21,759 nt of DNA from an uncultured archaeon (GTDB lineage: Archaea; Asgardarchaeota; Lokiarchaeia; Sigyniarchaeales; SOKP01). Positions 1 through 9,222 of this stretch are shown here, one piece after another. Position 1 is the first letter of the stretch. Each line of letters starts with the position of its first letter. Where the stretch lies: assembly GCA_964525635.1 (NCBI GenBank), contig CAZGJX010000076.1, positions 1-21,759 on the forward strand. Direction: 5' to 3'. A program made the translations under genes and the position numbers. Under the pieces are notes generated by a model that saw only the letters and a list, made by a program, of their open reading frames with translations, was not told the origin of the DNA and searched no databases.

Positions 1-55
1 TACAAAAATAAGCAAAAAAAATGAAAAAGATTAAGAGTAAAATTTACTCAATTAT
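1..55. repeat. Left copy of exact 55-bp inverted repeat at the window ends
   Basis: 1-55 is the exact reverse complement of 21705-21759 and identity stops at base 56. Contains the palindrome GAGTAAA-A-TTTACTC (35-49). Confidence 0.97.
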
Positions 56-170
56 TAAATTATTCTTTTTTTTTTATTTATTACTCTTTTTTTTTAAATG
101 CTCTATATTTATTCCTTAGGATATATCTCTAATTTCCATTTATAGAAGGTCTTATAGAATTATTTATTTA

Positions 171-1323
171 TAGCGCATTAAATTTATAAGCTTTTTTTGT
201 GTCATTTTTTTTATATCACACACGTATTACATCCTTACAAAAAGCTCGTTCACGCAGTTATATTCATGAAAAAGCTTTCTATCACGAGAAAAACGCCCGA
301 TCATGACGAATTAGTCGAGCTCTACAAGGTCGAGAAGAACTATCGCCTGAAAGAACGATATCATGCCCTTGTCTTGATGCATGAATTGAAAAGCTGCTAT
401 AAGGTTGCAAAAATAATGAAACGCTCGGACGTGACAATCCAATCTTGGGTAAAATCGTTTAACACGGGAGGTTTACCAATGCTTGCTCCAAAGGTCTCTC
501 CAGGACGACCATCGAGATTATCGGTGGAACAAAAAGAAGAATTAAAAAAAGACGTGTTAACGCACCCTCGAGAATTAGGCTACGATTTCAGCAACTGGGA
601 AGGTAAGCACGTTTCGAAACACGTCAAGAACAAGTTTGGCATTCTTTTAAAAGTGCGGCAATGTCAATATCTCCTTCAAGACCTTGGTTTTACCCTGCAA
701 AGACCGAGATATGCCTTTCCCAAGGCAAGTTGCGATGATCAAGAACGATTCGTCCAAGAGTTCAAAAAAAGCTCTACAATCTCGACCCAAACGATTTAAT
801 CCTTTTTCTTGACGAGGCAAGCATCCAATTTGCTTCGACCATCACGCGAATGTGGTCGCTCAAGGGGCAGCAACCAAAAATATATACTCATGGCAGTCGC
901 AAGCGTCAGTCGCTCATTAGTGCCGTCGATCCAATAGGAGGCAACTTGTACGTGGCCTTGACGGACGGCTTAAAAACGGAACAATTTCAGCATTTCTTAG
1001 AAGACCTTCTTGCAAGGTATCCGCATTCTAAAAAACTTGTCATCGTCTTGGATAATGCCAGGGTTCATCACGCCAAGCGGTTAACACCTTTTTTAGAGTG
1101 CAATGAATATCGACTTGAATTATTGTATTTACCACCTTATTCTCCTGACCTCAATCCAATGGAATGGTGTTGGAAGTTCTTGCGTAAAGAAGTCACTTAT
1201 AACACTTTTTTTGTTGATTTCAAGTGCCTCAAGCGCGAGATCGTGAAATTCGTGCTAAAACATAAACGATCATCTTCTGAAATTCAATCTCGATGCAATT
1301 ATACTAAACTATATAATGCGTTA
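171..1323 (+). mobile_element. IS630-family insertion sequence (~1.15 kb)
   Basis: Imperfect terminal inverted repeats TAGCGCATTA (171-180) and TAATGCGTTA (1314-1323), flanked by TA at 169-170 and 1324-1325 (IS630/Tc1-type target duplication). Encodes HTH plus DDE transposase and is visibly more GC-rich than its flanks. Confidence 0.9.
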
Positions 1324-1326
1324 TAA
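266..1326 (+). CDS. IS630-family transposase, two ORFs joined by a -1 frameshift at the A7 run (764-770)
   Basis: ORF1 (likely ATG 266, MKKLSIT) has the winged-HTH region with GRPSRLS and LGFTLQRPR. The -1 frame from the A7 run reads KLYNLDPNDLILFLDEASIQF into ORF 850-1326, supplying FLDEA, VLDNARVHH and LPPYSPDLNPME catalytic motifs. Confidence 0.9.
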
Positions 1327-1598
1327 ATAATAATAAACATAATGACTAATGGTAATGAATGATCTAAATTTTAGAAATTTATGGCATTTAATTCATTTCC
1401 AACTTTACTTTTATTCTGCTTGTTATATTTATTATCTTTTAAGAATTTGAATTTAATGTTTTCTATTCTTTGAATTCCTTATCCTATTTTTCTCCTAAAT
1501 AACTATAAAAGCTCAGTAGATCTCTAGAAATTCAGCCAATCAAAGGATCTTCTTGAATGCTTTTTAAGAATATTTTTACTTTTTCCTATATTTATAAT

Positions 1599-2612
1599 CT
1601 AATCAGAATAATCTGGAGGAAGTGCCATCGGATCTTCAACTTGTACAATCTCGGGTCCCTTTTCAGTTTCCAAACTTTTCAAATATTCAATATAATCTTT
1701 TTCAGTTGCTTTACTTCCAAGAAGAAATTTCAAGGAATTTTCATATTTGATCATATCTATAAATATTTTATCTAGTTTTACTAAATTAAAACAATTATGA
1801 CATCTAAATACATCTGAAATACCAATATTAGATATCTTAGCCCAATGTGCCCAACATTTCTTATGTGATATTGTTTCACAACGAGGACATTGGAATAATT
1901 CATTATCATCTTTTTGGAAACAAATAGAACAAGCATCAACTGTTTCAATGATTTTCAATTCTTCTGCTAAATTTCTATAAAAAGGATGAAATTCTTTAGG
2001 AATTACTTTTATTTCTTTTTTAAAAGGAATTAATGATCCAACTTCTCTTTTTAAGGCTAATATTTCTAAAATAGAATTTAATCCACGAAGATCATTTATT
2101 TCATGAACACTTCCATTGCATTTATTTGCTAAATTCATTAATTTTAAATCTTCTTCAAGATCATCATCAACATCAATCCTAATAATATCAATGAAAAAAG
2201 GCATATCTTTAACTTTTTCAATCAAGTTTTCCAAAGCAGGAATATATTGATCTGGTATTTTATGAGAACCTGAATCAGTTAATACAATTAACCTAAAACA
2301 TTTATCAGATACTCTTTTAAAAACATCAATTATAAAAGTTACAGCAACAAATATACCTCCAGCTATATTTGCTTTAACAAGCATTGGTTCAAGATTACGA
2401 AGAGCCATTAAGACATGTTCAGAATTTAATGTAAATTCTTCTAAGTAATTTGGACCAAAATCTTGAAATAATATTATATTAAATCGTTCACTAGCGTCTT
2501 TAAATGTTTTAAAGGTAAAAAATTTCCCCAATTGTTCAAAAACAGAAGTCAATTCGGTTATACCAGGTGTGAGTCCATATAATATTAGCGTATCTTCAGA
2601 TAAAGTTGGCAT
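1599..2612 (-). CDS. vWA-like domain protein with C-terminal C4HC3 (PHD/RINGv-like) zinc finger
   Basis: N-terminal alpha/beta pattern with ERFNIILF and RLIVLTDSG (vWA-like, MIDAS degenerate). C-terminal C-x2-C-x10-C-x2-C-x4-H-x2-C-x17-C-x2-C. Confidence 0.7.
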   Translation of the reverse strand: MPTLSEDTLILYGLTPGITELTSVFEQLGKFFTFKTFKDASERFNIILFQDFGPNYLEEFTLNSEHVLMALRNLEPMLVKANIAGGIFVAVTFIIDVFKRVSDKCFRLIVLTDSGSHKIPDQYIPALENLIEKVKDMPFFIDIIRIDVDDDLEEDLKLMNLANKCNGSVHEINDLRGLNSILEILALKREVGSLIPFKKEIKVIPKEFHPFYRNLAEELKIIETVDACSICFQKDDNELFQCPRCETISHKKCWAHWAKISNIGISDVFRCHNCFNLVKLDKIFIDMIKYENSLKFLLGSKATEKDYIEYLKSLETEKGPEIVQVEDPMALPPDYSD

Positions 2613-2741
2613 TTTTATTTCTCCATAAATTTATCAATTTCTTTTTAAATATATTATTAGTTTTTTTTTTATATTTTTTACAATATTTCAATTTTGGACC
2701 ATATCTCTTTATAAAAATAAAAATCCATTAATTTAATTTTA

Positions 2742-2944
2742 ATGCTAGCCATCACATTTTTAGATATTGGTAAAGATTTGGAGATTTATTATTGATTAAA
2801 ACCTCTTAATTCTGGATATGAGAGGCTTCAACCAGGAGATATACATTCTGATGGAACATTGTTAGAGATTGATTTTTCACCCATGAATCACCCTGGGATA
2901 ATGGAACAGTTCAAATTATCCGGTTGGAAAATTTCAATCAATGA
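2742..2944 (+). pseudogene. 5' remnant of a DM13-domain protein gene
   Basis: Reads MLAITFLDIGKDLEIYY*LKPLNSGYERLQPGDIHSDGTLLEIDFS, then after a frameshift WDNGTVQIIRLEN. This matches the start of the DM13 fragment at 4772 (WGNGTVQIIPLEN). Has an internal stop and a frameshift. Confidence 0.6.
2893..2932 (+). repeat. 40-bp direct repeat, copy 1
   Basis: ctgggataatggaacagttcaaattatccggttggaaaat; 38/40 identical to 4771-4810. Confidence 0.95.
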
Positions 2945-3134
2945 AAACATTATAAAAAAAACTGTTATTTAAACCTTTTTAGAAAGAAAATCTATAGAAT
3001 ATAATATTATAGATAAGAAAAATTAAGTTCAAATTAAATATAAGAAAAATTGGATTGATAAATTTTTTTCTTTTTTTCGGAATAAATATAAAACATAAAT
3101 TTTGATTCAAATTATTATATAAATTTATATAATT

Positions 3135-3791
3135 TTAAATTAGATTTTTTTTACTCAATTTTCTCCTGTTTATTATTAGAGTAATTAGTGCAAATAATCC
3201 ACTCGATAGCATTATAGTATCTTCATATACTCCAAATTGAGGAATTTGAATGAAAATTGGAAAGGGAATTGCCCATATTAAGAGTAAGATATATGGTTTT
3301 AAGTCTATTTTTGGGATTGAAAAAGCTAGTAAAATAAGAGCAAAAGCAGTTGTGGGACAAGGTAATGCTCCTAGGATCATCATCTGTGGAAAATTATGAC
3401 CGAATAAATAACCAAAAAGAGGATAACAAAAAATTATTATTAAGAGGATTGTCATAATGATTTTTATATCTTTTCTATTAGGTATTTGAAATTCAATTCT
3501 TTTTCTAAATATATCAATTCCCATAAAAGTTGAAATCGAAATAAATAAGAAAGCTGATAAGGCATTATTTGAAAGTTCTGAACCGAATATTAAGAAAAGA
3601 ACTATGCCAATCCATGCAAAGCTAAATGTAAAATAAATTTTGATTATCATATTCATCTTATTATTTGGTTTAATAAAAAATAATATGGTTATTACAATCA
3701 ATATAGCATGAAAGAATATTTGAACCGGAAAAATTGAGTTATTATAATTTCCTATTATATTCCACCAATCCTCAGCACTGATCATTATCAT
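3135..3791 (-). CDS. Multi-pass membrane protein, DUF6064-like
   Basis: Several hydrophobic helices. N-terminal WW..IGNYNNSIFPVQ and a LPCPTTAF motif typical of DUF6064. Confidence 0.75.
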   Translation of the reverse strand: MIMISAEDWWNIIGNYNNSIFPVQIFFHAILIVITILFFIKPNNKMNMIIKIYFTFSFAWIGIVLFLIFGSELSNNALSAFLFISISTFMGIDIFRKRIEFQIPNRKDIKIIMTILLIIIFCYPLFGYLFGHNFPQMMILGALPCPTTAFALILLAFSIPKIDLKPYILLLIWAIPFPIFIQIPQFGVYEDTIMLSSGLFALITLIINRRKLSKKNLI

Positions 3792-3976
3792 TTAACCACT
3801 TCATATAAGGTTTAATAAATATTATAAGTTTAATTAATAAAGCTACTTTAAATAATATATAAAATTATAATATTTAAATTAAAAAGTAGTACAAATAGAA
3901 CTAACTTTACTATTTTAAACTGACGAAATTATCTTTGATTTCAATAATATCTTTTAAAATGAGAAAGAATTTTTAG

Positions 3977-4423
3977 ATGTCATCAAGAAAAAAATCTGAA
4001 TTTTATGAAGCTTGGAAGGAGATGATAGATCTTATCCCAGAAATGCGTAAAGCAGTAAGAAAGGGAATGGAAAAAGATCAGAAAATGTTTATTCATGATA
4101 TCCCTCGAGTAAAAATGGAAAGAAATCTTATAAGAAATGTTCTTAATTTCTTTAATCGGAAATGGACTTTAGATGTTATTTATACAATTGTAAATTTGAA
4201 GAGACCATATTTTAATGAAATTAAAAAAACACTCTCAGATGTAAATTCCAGAACTTTATCAATGCGATTAAAAGAATTACAAAATTTAAAGATAATAGAA
4301 AGAAAAGTTGAGATGGGCCAACCTATCCGAGTTTATTATAAAATGACGGAATTTGGTATTGGTATATTCGAAATGATCTTACCATTTATATTTTATTTTA
4401 TCTTATCAAAAAAAAAAGATTAA
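3977..4423 (+). CDS. HxlR-family winged-HTH transcriptional regulator
   Basis: KWTLDVI...FNEIKK...SRTLSMRLKEL...PIRVYYKMTEFG signature; divergent from the membrane-protein gene. Confidence 0.88.
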   Translation: MSSRKKSEFYEAWKEMIDLIPEMRKAVRKGMEKDQKMFIHDIPRVKMERNLIRNVLNFFNRKWTLDVIYTIVNLKRPYFNEIKKTLSDVNSRTLSMRLKELQNLKIIERKVEMGQPIRVYYKMTEFGIGIFEMILPFIFYFILSKKKD

Positions 4424-4643
4424 CTCTCTAATGGGAGAATTCTGCTTTATGTTTTTTATGCTGGTCAAATTGAAAGATTATTAGAATAATAACTTAATTA
4501 TTTACTTTATAGTATTGTCTTGATTTTTCTGGTAATTGGATTTATATGGATTATGGTCATTGACAAATATTATATGCCTAAACACAAATATCGCATATTT
4601 CGCTTATACAACAGATTTTACTTATTATCCTTCCTATTGAAAA

Positions 4644-4772
4644 ATGACTCGTGGCGGACAATGGTCTTGTCCCTCCTGTAATTCTTATGATGTTGAAGTA
4701 TATTCAAGAGTTATGGGTTATTATAGTGAAATGAATCAATATAATCCAGGAAAAAGAGCTGAATGGGAAACT
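4644..4772 (+). pseudogene. nrdD: C-terminal fragment of class III (anaerobic) ribonucleotide reductase
   Basis: CPSC Zn-ribbon half, glycyl-radical loop VYSRVMGYY and YNPGKRAEW. Only ~43 codons, after which the frame runs out-of-frame through DM13 sequence. Confidence 0.7.
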
Positions 4773-4810
4773 GGGGTAATGGAACAGTTCAAATTATCCC
4801 GTTGGAAAAT
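4771..4810 (+). repeat. 40-bp direct repeat, copy 2
   Basis: ctggggtaatggaacagttcaaattatcccgttggaaaat; 38/40 identical to 2893-2932. Confidence 0.95.
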
Positions 4811-5062
4811 CTTGATGTTAAAGTTCAATTTTTTGAAGTTAAGATTGCAAATGAACCTGATTTGTATGTATATTTATCAAATAAATCCTCATTTACTGGA
4901 ATTTCTGATATTCCTGGTGATTTCATTAATTTAGGAAGATTACCATATAATCAGGGAAATTTTAGTTTTGGAATTTCATTAAGTATAAATCTTGAAGATG
5001 TTAACTCTGTTCTAATTTGGTGTCTATAGTTTTCTGTATTATTTACTTATGCTATATTAAGC
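4772..5062 (+). pseudogene. 3' part of a DM13-domain protein gene, with premature TAG
   Basis: GTVQII...(E)PDLYVYLS...NLGRL...GN...SVLIWC is the DM13 pattern. After TAG at 5027-5029 the frame continues FSVLFTYAIL, the usual DM13 tail. Confidence 0.75.
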
Positions 5063-5291
5063 TATATATTAAGAATAAAACTATGGAATTTATAATATAA
5101 TTCACTTTTTTTATAACTTTTAACTTAAAAACAAAATATATTTTAATAATACTATCTGTAATTTATTGATTTTTAAAAGATTATTCTTAAAAATCAGTCT
5201 AAAATTTGTTAAAGAATTTTTTTTACATTTTTAGATTAACCAAAAAGAAAAATTTATTATTTAAATTCTATAAAAAAAACGAGATTTTAAT

Positions 5292-6749
5292 ATGGAACAT
5301 AAAAAAGATATGAAAAAAAAATTAACTTCACAAGGAGGTGCTCCTGTATCAGATAATCAAAATTCATTATCTGCAGGTGAACGGGGACCCTTATTAATGC
5401 AAGATGTGCATTTATTTGAGAAAATGGCACATTTCAATAGAGAAAGAATACCAGAAAGGGTAGTTCACGCTAAAGGTGCTGGAGCATATGGTACTTTTAC
5501 AGTAACTCATGATATCACAAAATATACTAAAGCAAAAATATTTTCAGAAATTGGTAAAAAAACCAAACTTGTAGTTCGATTTTCAACTGTAGCAGGTGAA
5601 AGAGGTTCTGCAGATACAGTTAGAGATGTTCGAGGTTTCGCTATTAAGTTTTATACAGAAGAAGGTAATTGGGATTTAGTAGGAAATAATACACCCGTAT
5701 TTTTTATAAGAGATCCATTAAAATTTAGTGATTTTATTCATACACAAAAACGCATGCCACAAACAAATCTTAGATCTCAAATAATGTGGTGGGATTTCTG
5801 GTCACTTGTTCCAGAAGCTTTACACCAAGTCACAATTTTATTCTCTGATCGTGGTATACCTAGAGGATTTCCACATATGAATGGATATGGTAGTCATACT
5901 TATAGTTTTCTTAATGCAAATGATGAGCGTTTCTGGGTAAAATTTCATTTCAAAACTTTACAAGGTATAAAAAATTTCATGCAAGCTGAGGCAGATGAAC
6001 TTGCTGGTAAAGATCCAGACTGGGCAACGCGAGATCTTTTTGAGAGTATTGAAAGAGGTGATTATCCAAAGTGGGAATTATCTATACAAATCATGCCAGA
6101 GAAAGAAGCTGAATCATACAGATGGAATCCATTTGATTTAACCAAAGTTTGGCCCCATGGAGATTATCCTCTTATAAAAGTAGGGATAATGGAACTTAAT
6201 AAAAATCCTGAAAATTATTTTGCTGAAGTGGAACAGGCAGCTTTTGATCCATCTAATAGAATTCCAGGTATTTCTTTTTCACCAGATAAAATGTTACAAG
6301 CAAGGACTTTTTCTTATGCCGATGCACATAGATATAGACTAGGAGTTAATTACCAAAGCTTACCTGTTAATAAACCAAAAACAGGTAATGTTCACAACTA
6401 CCACCGGGATGGATCAATGAGATTTGATGGAAATAGTGGCCCTGCAGTAAATTATGAACCAAATAGTTTTGGCGGTCCTACAGAAGATCCTGCTTTTAAA
6501 GAACCTCCCTTAAAAATCTCAGGAGATGCTGATAGTTATGATCAACCCACAACGGACGATGATTTTGTCCAACCAGGCAATCTCTATAGATTATTACCCT
6601 CTGATGAACAAGATCGTCTTATTGAGAATCTTGTTAATAGTTTAATAACCATTCCCAAAAACATTCAGGAGCGAATGGTAAACCATTTCTTAAAAGCAGA
6701 TAAGACATGGGGAGAGAGAGTAGCAAAGAAATTAGATGTAAATATTTAA
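5292..6749 (+). CDS. katA: Monofunctional small-subunit haem catalase
   Basis: Distal His motif [35 protein letters not shown], and proximal Tyr motif [14 protein letters not shown]; 485 aa. Alternative start at 5310. Confidence 0.97.
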   Translation: MEHKKDMKKKLTSQGGAPVSDNQNSLSAGERGPLLMQDVHLFEKMAHFNRERIPERVVHAKGAGAYGTFTVTHDITKYTKAKIFSEIGKKTKLVVRFSTVAGERGSADTVRDVRGFAIKFYTEEGNWDLVGNNTPVFFIRDPLKFSDFIHTQKRMPQTNLRSQIMWWDFWSLVPEALHQVTILFSDRGIPRGFPHMNGYGSHTYSFLNANDERFWVKFHFKTLQGIKNFMQAEADELAGKDPDWATRDLFESIERGDYPKWELSIQIMPEKEAESYRWNPFDLTKVWPHGDYPLIKVGIMELNKNPENYFAEVEQAAFDPSNRIPGISFSPDKMLQARTFSYADAHRYRLGVNYQSLPVNKPKTGNVHNYHRDGSMRFDGNSGPAVNYEPNSFGGPTEDPAFKEPPLKISGDADSYDQPTTDDDFVQPGNLYRLLPSDEQDRLIENLVNSLITIPKNIQERMVNHFLKADKTWGERVAKKLDVNI

Positions 6750-6810
6750 GAGATTTGGTTTAAAATATATCTAATCTTTTTTTTTATATTATTAAATAGG
6801 TGATTCCTGA

Positions 6811-7212
6811 ATGGATTTGAAAAAAAAAAATAATCATGATATCAAAAAGATAACAAAAATTCTTCTCTTTATTGCTGGAACTATCTGTTTATTATTAGGT
6901 GTAATTGGTATTATTCTTCCAATATTACCTACGACTCCATTTCTTCTTTTAACAGCTGCTTGTTATGCTAGAAGTTCAGAAAAATTTTATAATTGGCTTC
7001 TTAATAATAGAGTACTGGGATTTTATATTAATAATTATAAAGAAGGTAAAGGAATGCCATTAAAAATTAAGATTATTACAATAGCTTTATTATGGACAAC
7101 TATTTTACTCTCAGTTTTTCTATTTGTAAAGATTCTTTGGATTCAAATTTTATTATTAATTATAGCTACAGCTGTTTCTATACATATAAGCTTAATTAAG
7201 CCAAGAAAATAA
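6811..7212 (+). CDS. ybaN: YbaN/DUF454-family membrane protein
   Basis: LGVIGIILPILPTTPFLLLTAACYARSS...WLL signature; about 3 TM helices. Confidence 0.88.
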   Translation: MDLKKKNNHDIKKITKILLFIAGTICLLLGVIGIILPILPTTPFLLLTAACYARSSEKFYNWLLNNRVLGFYINNYKEGKGMPLKIKIITIALLWTTILLSVFLFVKILWIQILLLIIATAVSIHISLIKPRK

Positions 7213-7518
7213 ATAAATAATTTGATTATATTTAAAGATTATCAATTTCTTTATTTATAGGTCTTATTTACTTTCCTTAAATCATATTAATTATGAATAT
7301 CATTTTTTCTCAAGAATAGTAATCTTCAGGAATAAGAATAAAGTATCTAATCTCTTATTATAATATTTATAATATAACTTATGAGTATATAATTATTATT
7401 ATATCATAGTAAATGATTTTTATTTAAATATCAATCATATATAAAGCTATTCTATATTCAAAATATTTATTAATTAGGCAAAACTAATTATAAATATATC
7501 TTATATAAAATATTTTAG

Positions 7519-8388
7519 ATGAAAAAAATGAATAAAGCAATAAATCATGATTTACAATCACAATTAAATTTTTTTACCGAAATTATTAACAACTTATCTC
7601 AAAATTGTAATATAATTAAAACCGAATCGAATATATGGGAATATTGGGTCACAGGTGAAGGTCAAAATACAATAATTCTATTTCATGGAGGATTTAATGG
7701 TCCAGAAATGTGGTTTTATCTTGTAAATGCTTTGGAAAATTCATATCGAATTATTGTTCCTCAGATTCCTAAGAAAATATCGGGTGTTTCAGATATTGTT
7801 GAATTTTTTAATATACTCTTAGAAAAAGAAAATTTACAAAATCTAATAATTTTAGGATACTCATATGGAGGAGGAATTGCACAAATTCTTATTGATCAAG
7901 TTCCAAATAACATAAATTGTGTTATATTATCCCATACCGGTATTATGTGGGGTAGAAAACCTAAATCAATGAGGAAATTAAAATTTCTTATTAACATCAT
8001 ACCTAGTTCAACCTTTAGAAAAATATTTTTAAAAAAACGGATTCAAAATTTTCCTGATTCAAAATGGAATGATTTCCACAAATTTTATTTTACTCAATTA
8101 ATAAATAAATTAGAAAAAAGAGATTTTATTGATTTCCTTAATAATTCCCAAATAGTACTCAAAGATTTAAATTCTCTAAAATCAAATTTAGATAATTTTC
8201 ACGGAAAAGTAATATTATTAGGGACTAAAGGGGATGATGATACTTTTCATGCTATGAGTTTACTACATGAGAAATTTCCTAATTCATTAGAATATGTTTT
8301 CACTGGTTTTGGCGGTCATCATTTTATGTTTTTAAATCCAGAAATATATACATCTAAATTGTTAGATTTATTAGACCAAATAGAATGA
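7519..8388 (+). CDS. Alpha/beta-fold hydrolase
   Basis: Oxyanion motif ILFHGG, nucleophile elbow GYSYGG, acid region GTKGDDD, C-terminal GGHH. Confidence 0.88.
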   Translation: MKKMNKAINHDLQSQLNFFTEIINNLSQNCNIIKTESNIWEYWVTGEGQNTIILFHGGFNGPEMWFYLVNALENSYRIIVPQIPKKISGVSDIVEFFNILLEKENLQNLIILGYSYGGGIAQILIDQVPNNINCVILSHTGIMWGRKPKSMRKLKFLINIIPSSTFRKIFLKKRIQNFPDSKWNDFHKFYFTQLINKLEKRDFIDFLNNSQIVLKDLNSLKSNLDNFHGKVILLGTKGDDDTFHAMSLLHEKFPNSLEYVFTGFGGHHFMFLNPEIYTSKLLDLLDQIE

Positions 8389-8584
8389 AATATTATCAAT
8401 TATTTCAAAAAAAAATTTTATTGTCTATATGTTATTTTTAAAAATTAGTTTTCGTATCAATTTTTTAATCTTATTTTTTTTTTTTTCAATCCTACATAAT
8501 CATAGCATAAAAAATGTTCCAAGAATATAAGCTATTAATATATATATTTGATACATTAATTCATTTTGTACATTAATTAGATAA

Positions 8585-9013
8585 ATCGCATTTTCTGATC
8601 GAACTCCTAGTGAGATATCTCCAATTATCTTAGATTTTATCAAATCAGAAGAAAAAAATAAATACAAAATAACTCATAAGGAATTAGAGAAAAGTCATCT
8701 AATATACCTATTTCAGTCATTTAATGCATTTATGTATTCTATAATGCAACGTTTTATTCATTATATAGAGGATACTCATGGTAAAATCCCTTCTAAAGCT
8801 TTAAGTTCTTCAATCAGGCTTAATATAGTAGATCGTGAAGAATATAATAAAAAAATTAAAGCTTTTAATGAAATCTTAAATGATCTCCCTAAAGAATCAA
8901 TTTACTCACCACCCTCAAAGGATTCATATGCAATATTTACAATATGTTTACCATATGGAGAAATTTTTAAATCAATAATAAAAAAGAACAAACCTGTCAA
9001 AATTCAAGAATAA
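8585..9013 (+). pseudogene. Hypothetical protein, probably a 5'-truncated remnant
   Basis: Frame is open from 8585 (after TAA at 8582-8584) to 9013 with protein-like sequence, but the first ATG is at 8732. No recognisable motif. Confidence 0.4.
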
Positions 9014-9222
9014 AATAATAAATCTGAAAATTATCTAATTTCTTATAAATAATAACTTTAATTTTATTTAAAAAAAAAATAAGATAGAAATAAAAAATCC
9101 AATTTATAGTGAAAGAAAAATAAAATAATTTTCTAATATTCTGCTGTTATTATGAATTCTATGATTATTGAAATATATTTCATTATTTTAATTTTTAAAT
9201 ACTTTAAAAAATTTATATAATT

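Noticed and set aside
197-265. TTG start at 197 for the transposase
   Set aside because: Lies next to the terminal repeat; ATG at 266 gives a more typical IS630 N-terminus.
1557-1775. 72-aa + strand ORF
   Set aside because: Antisense shadow of the vWA/Zn-finger gene.
3880-3910. HxlR operator in the divergent promoter region
   Set aside because: Only weak dyad symmetry in very AT-rich DNA, not distinguishable from chance by eye.
4441-4640. Hydrophobic reading-frame remnant upstream of the nrdD scrap
   Set aside because: Interrupted by stops and not assignable to a family.
5027-5029. Pyrrolysine/amber readthrough in the DM13 frame
   Set aside because: Homology continues past the TAG, but the gene is already split with a stop and frameshift in its 5' half, so nonsense decay is simpler.
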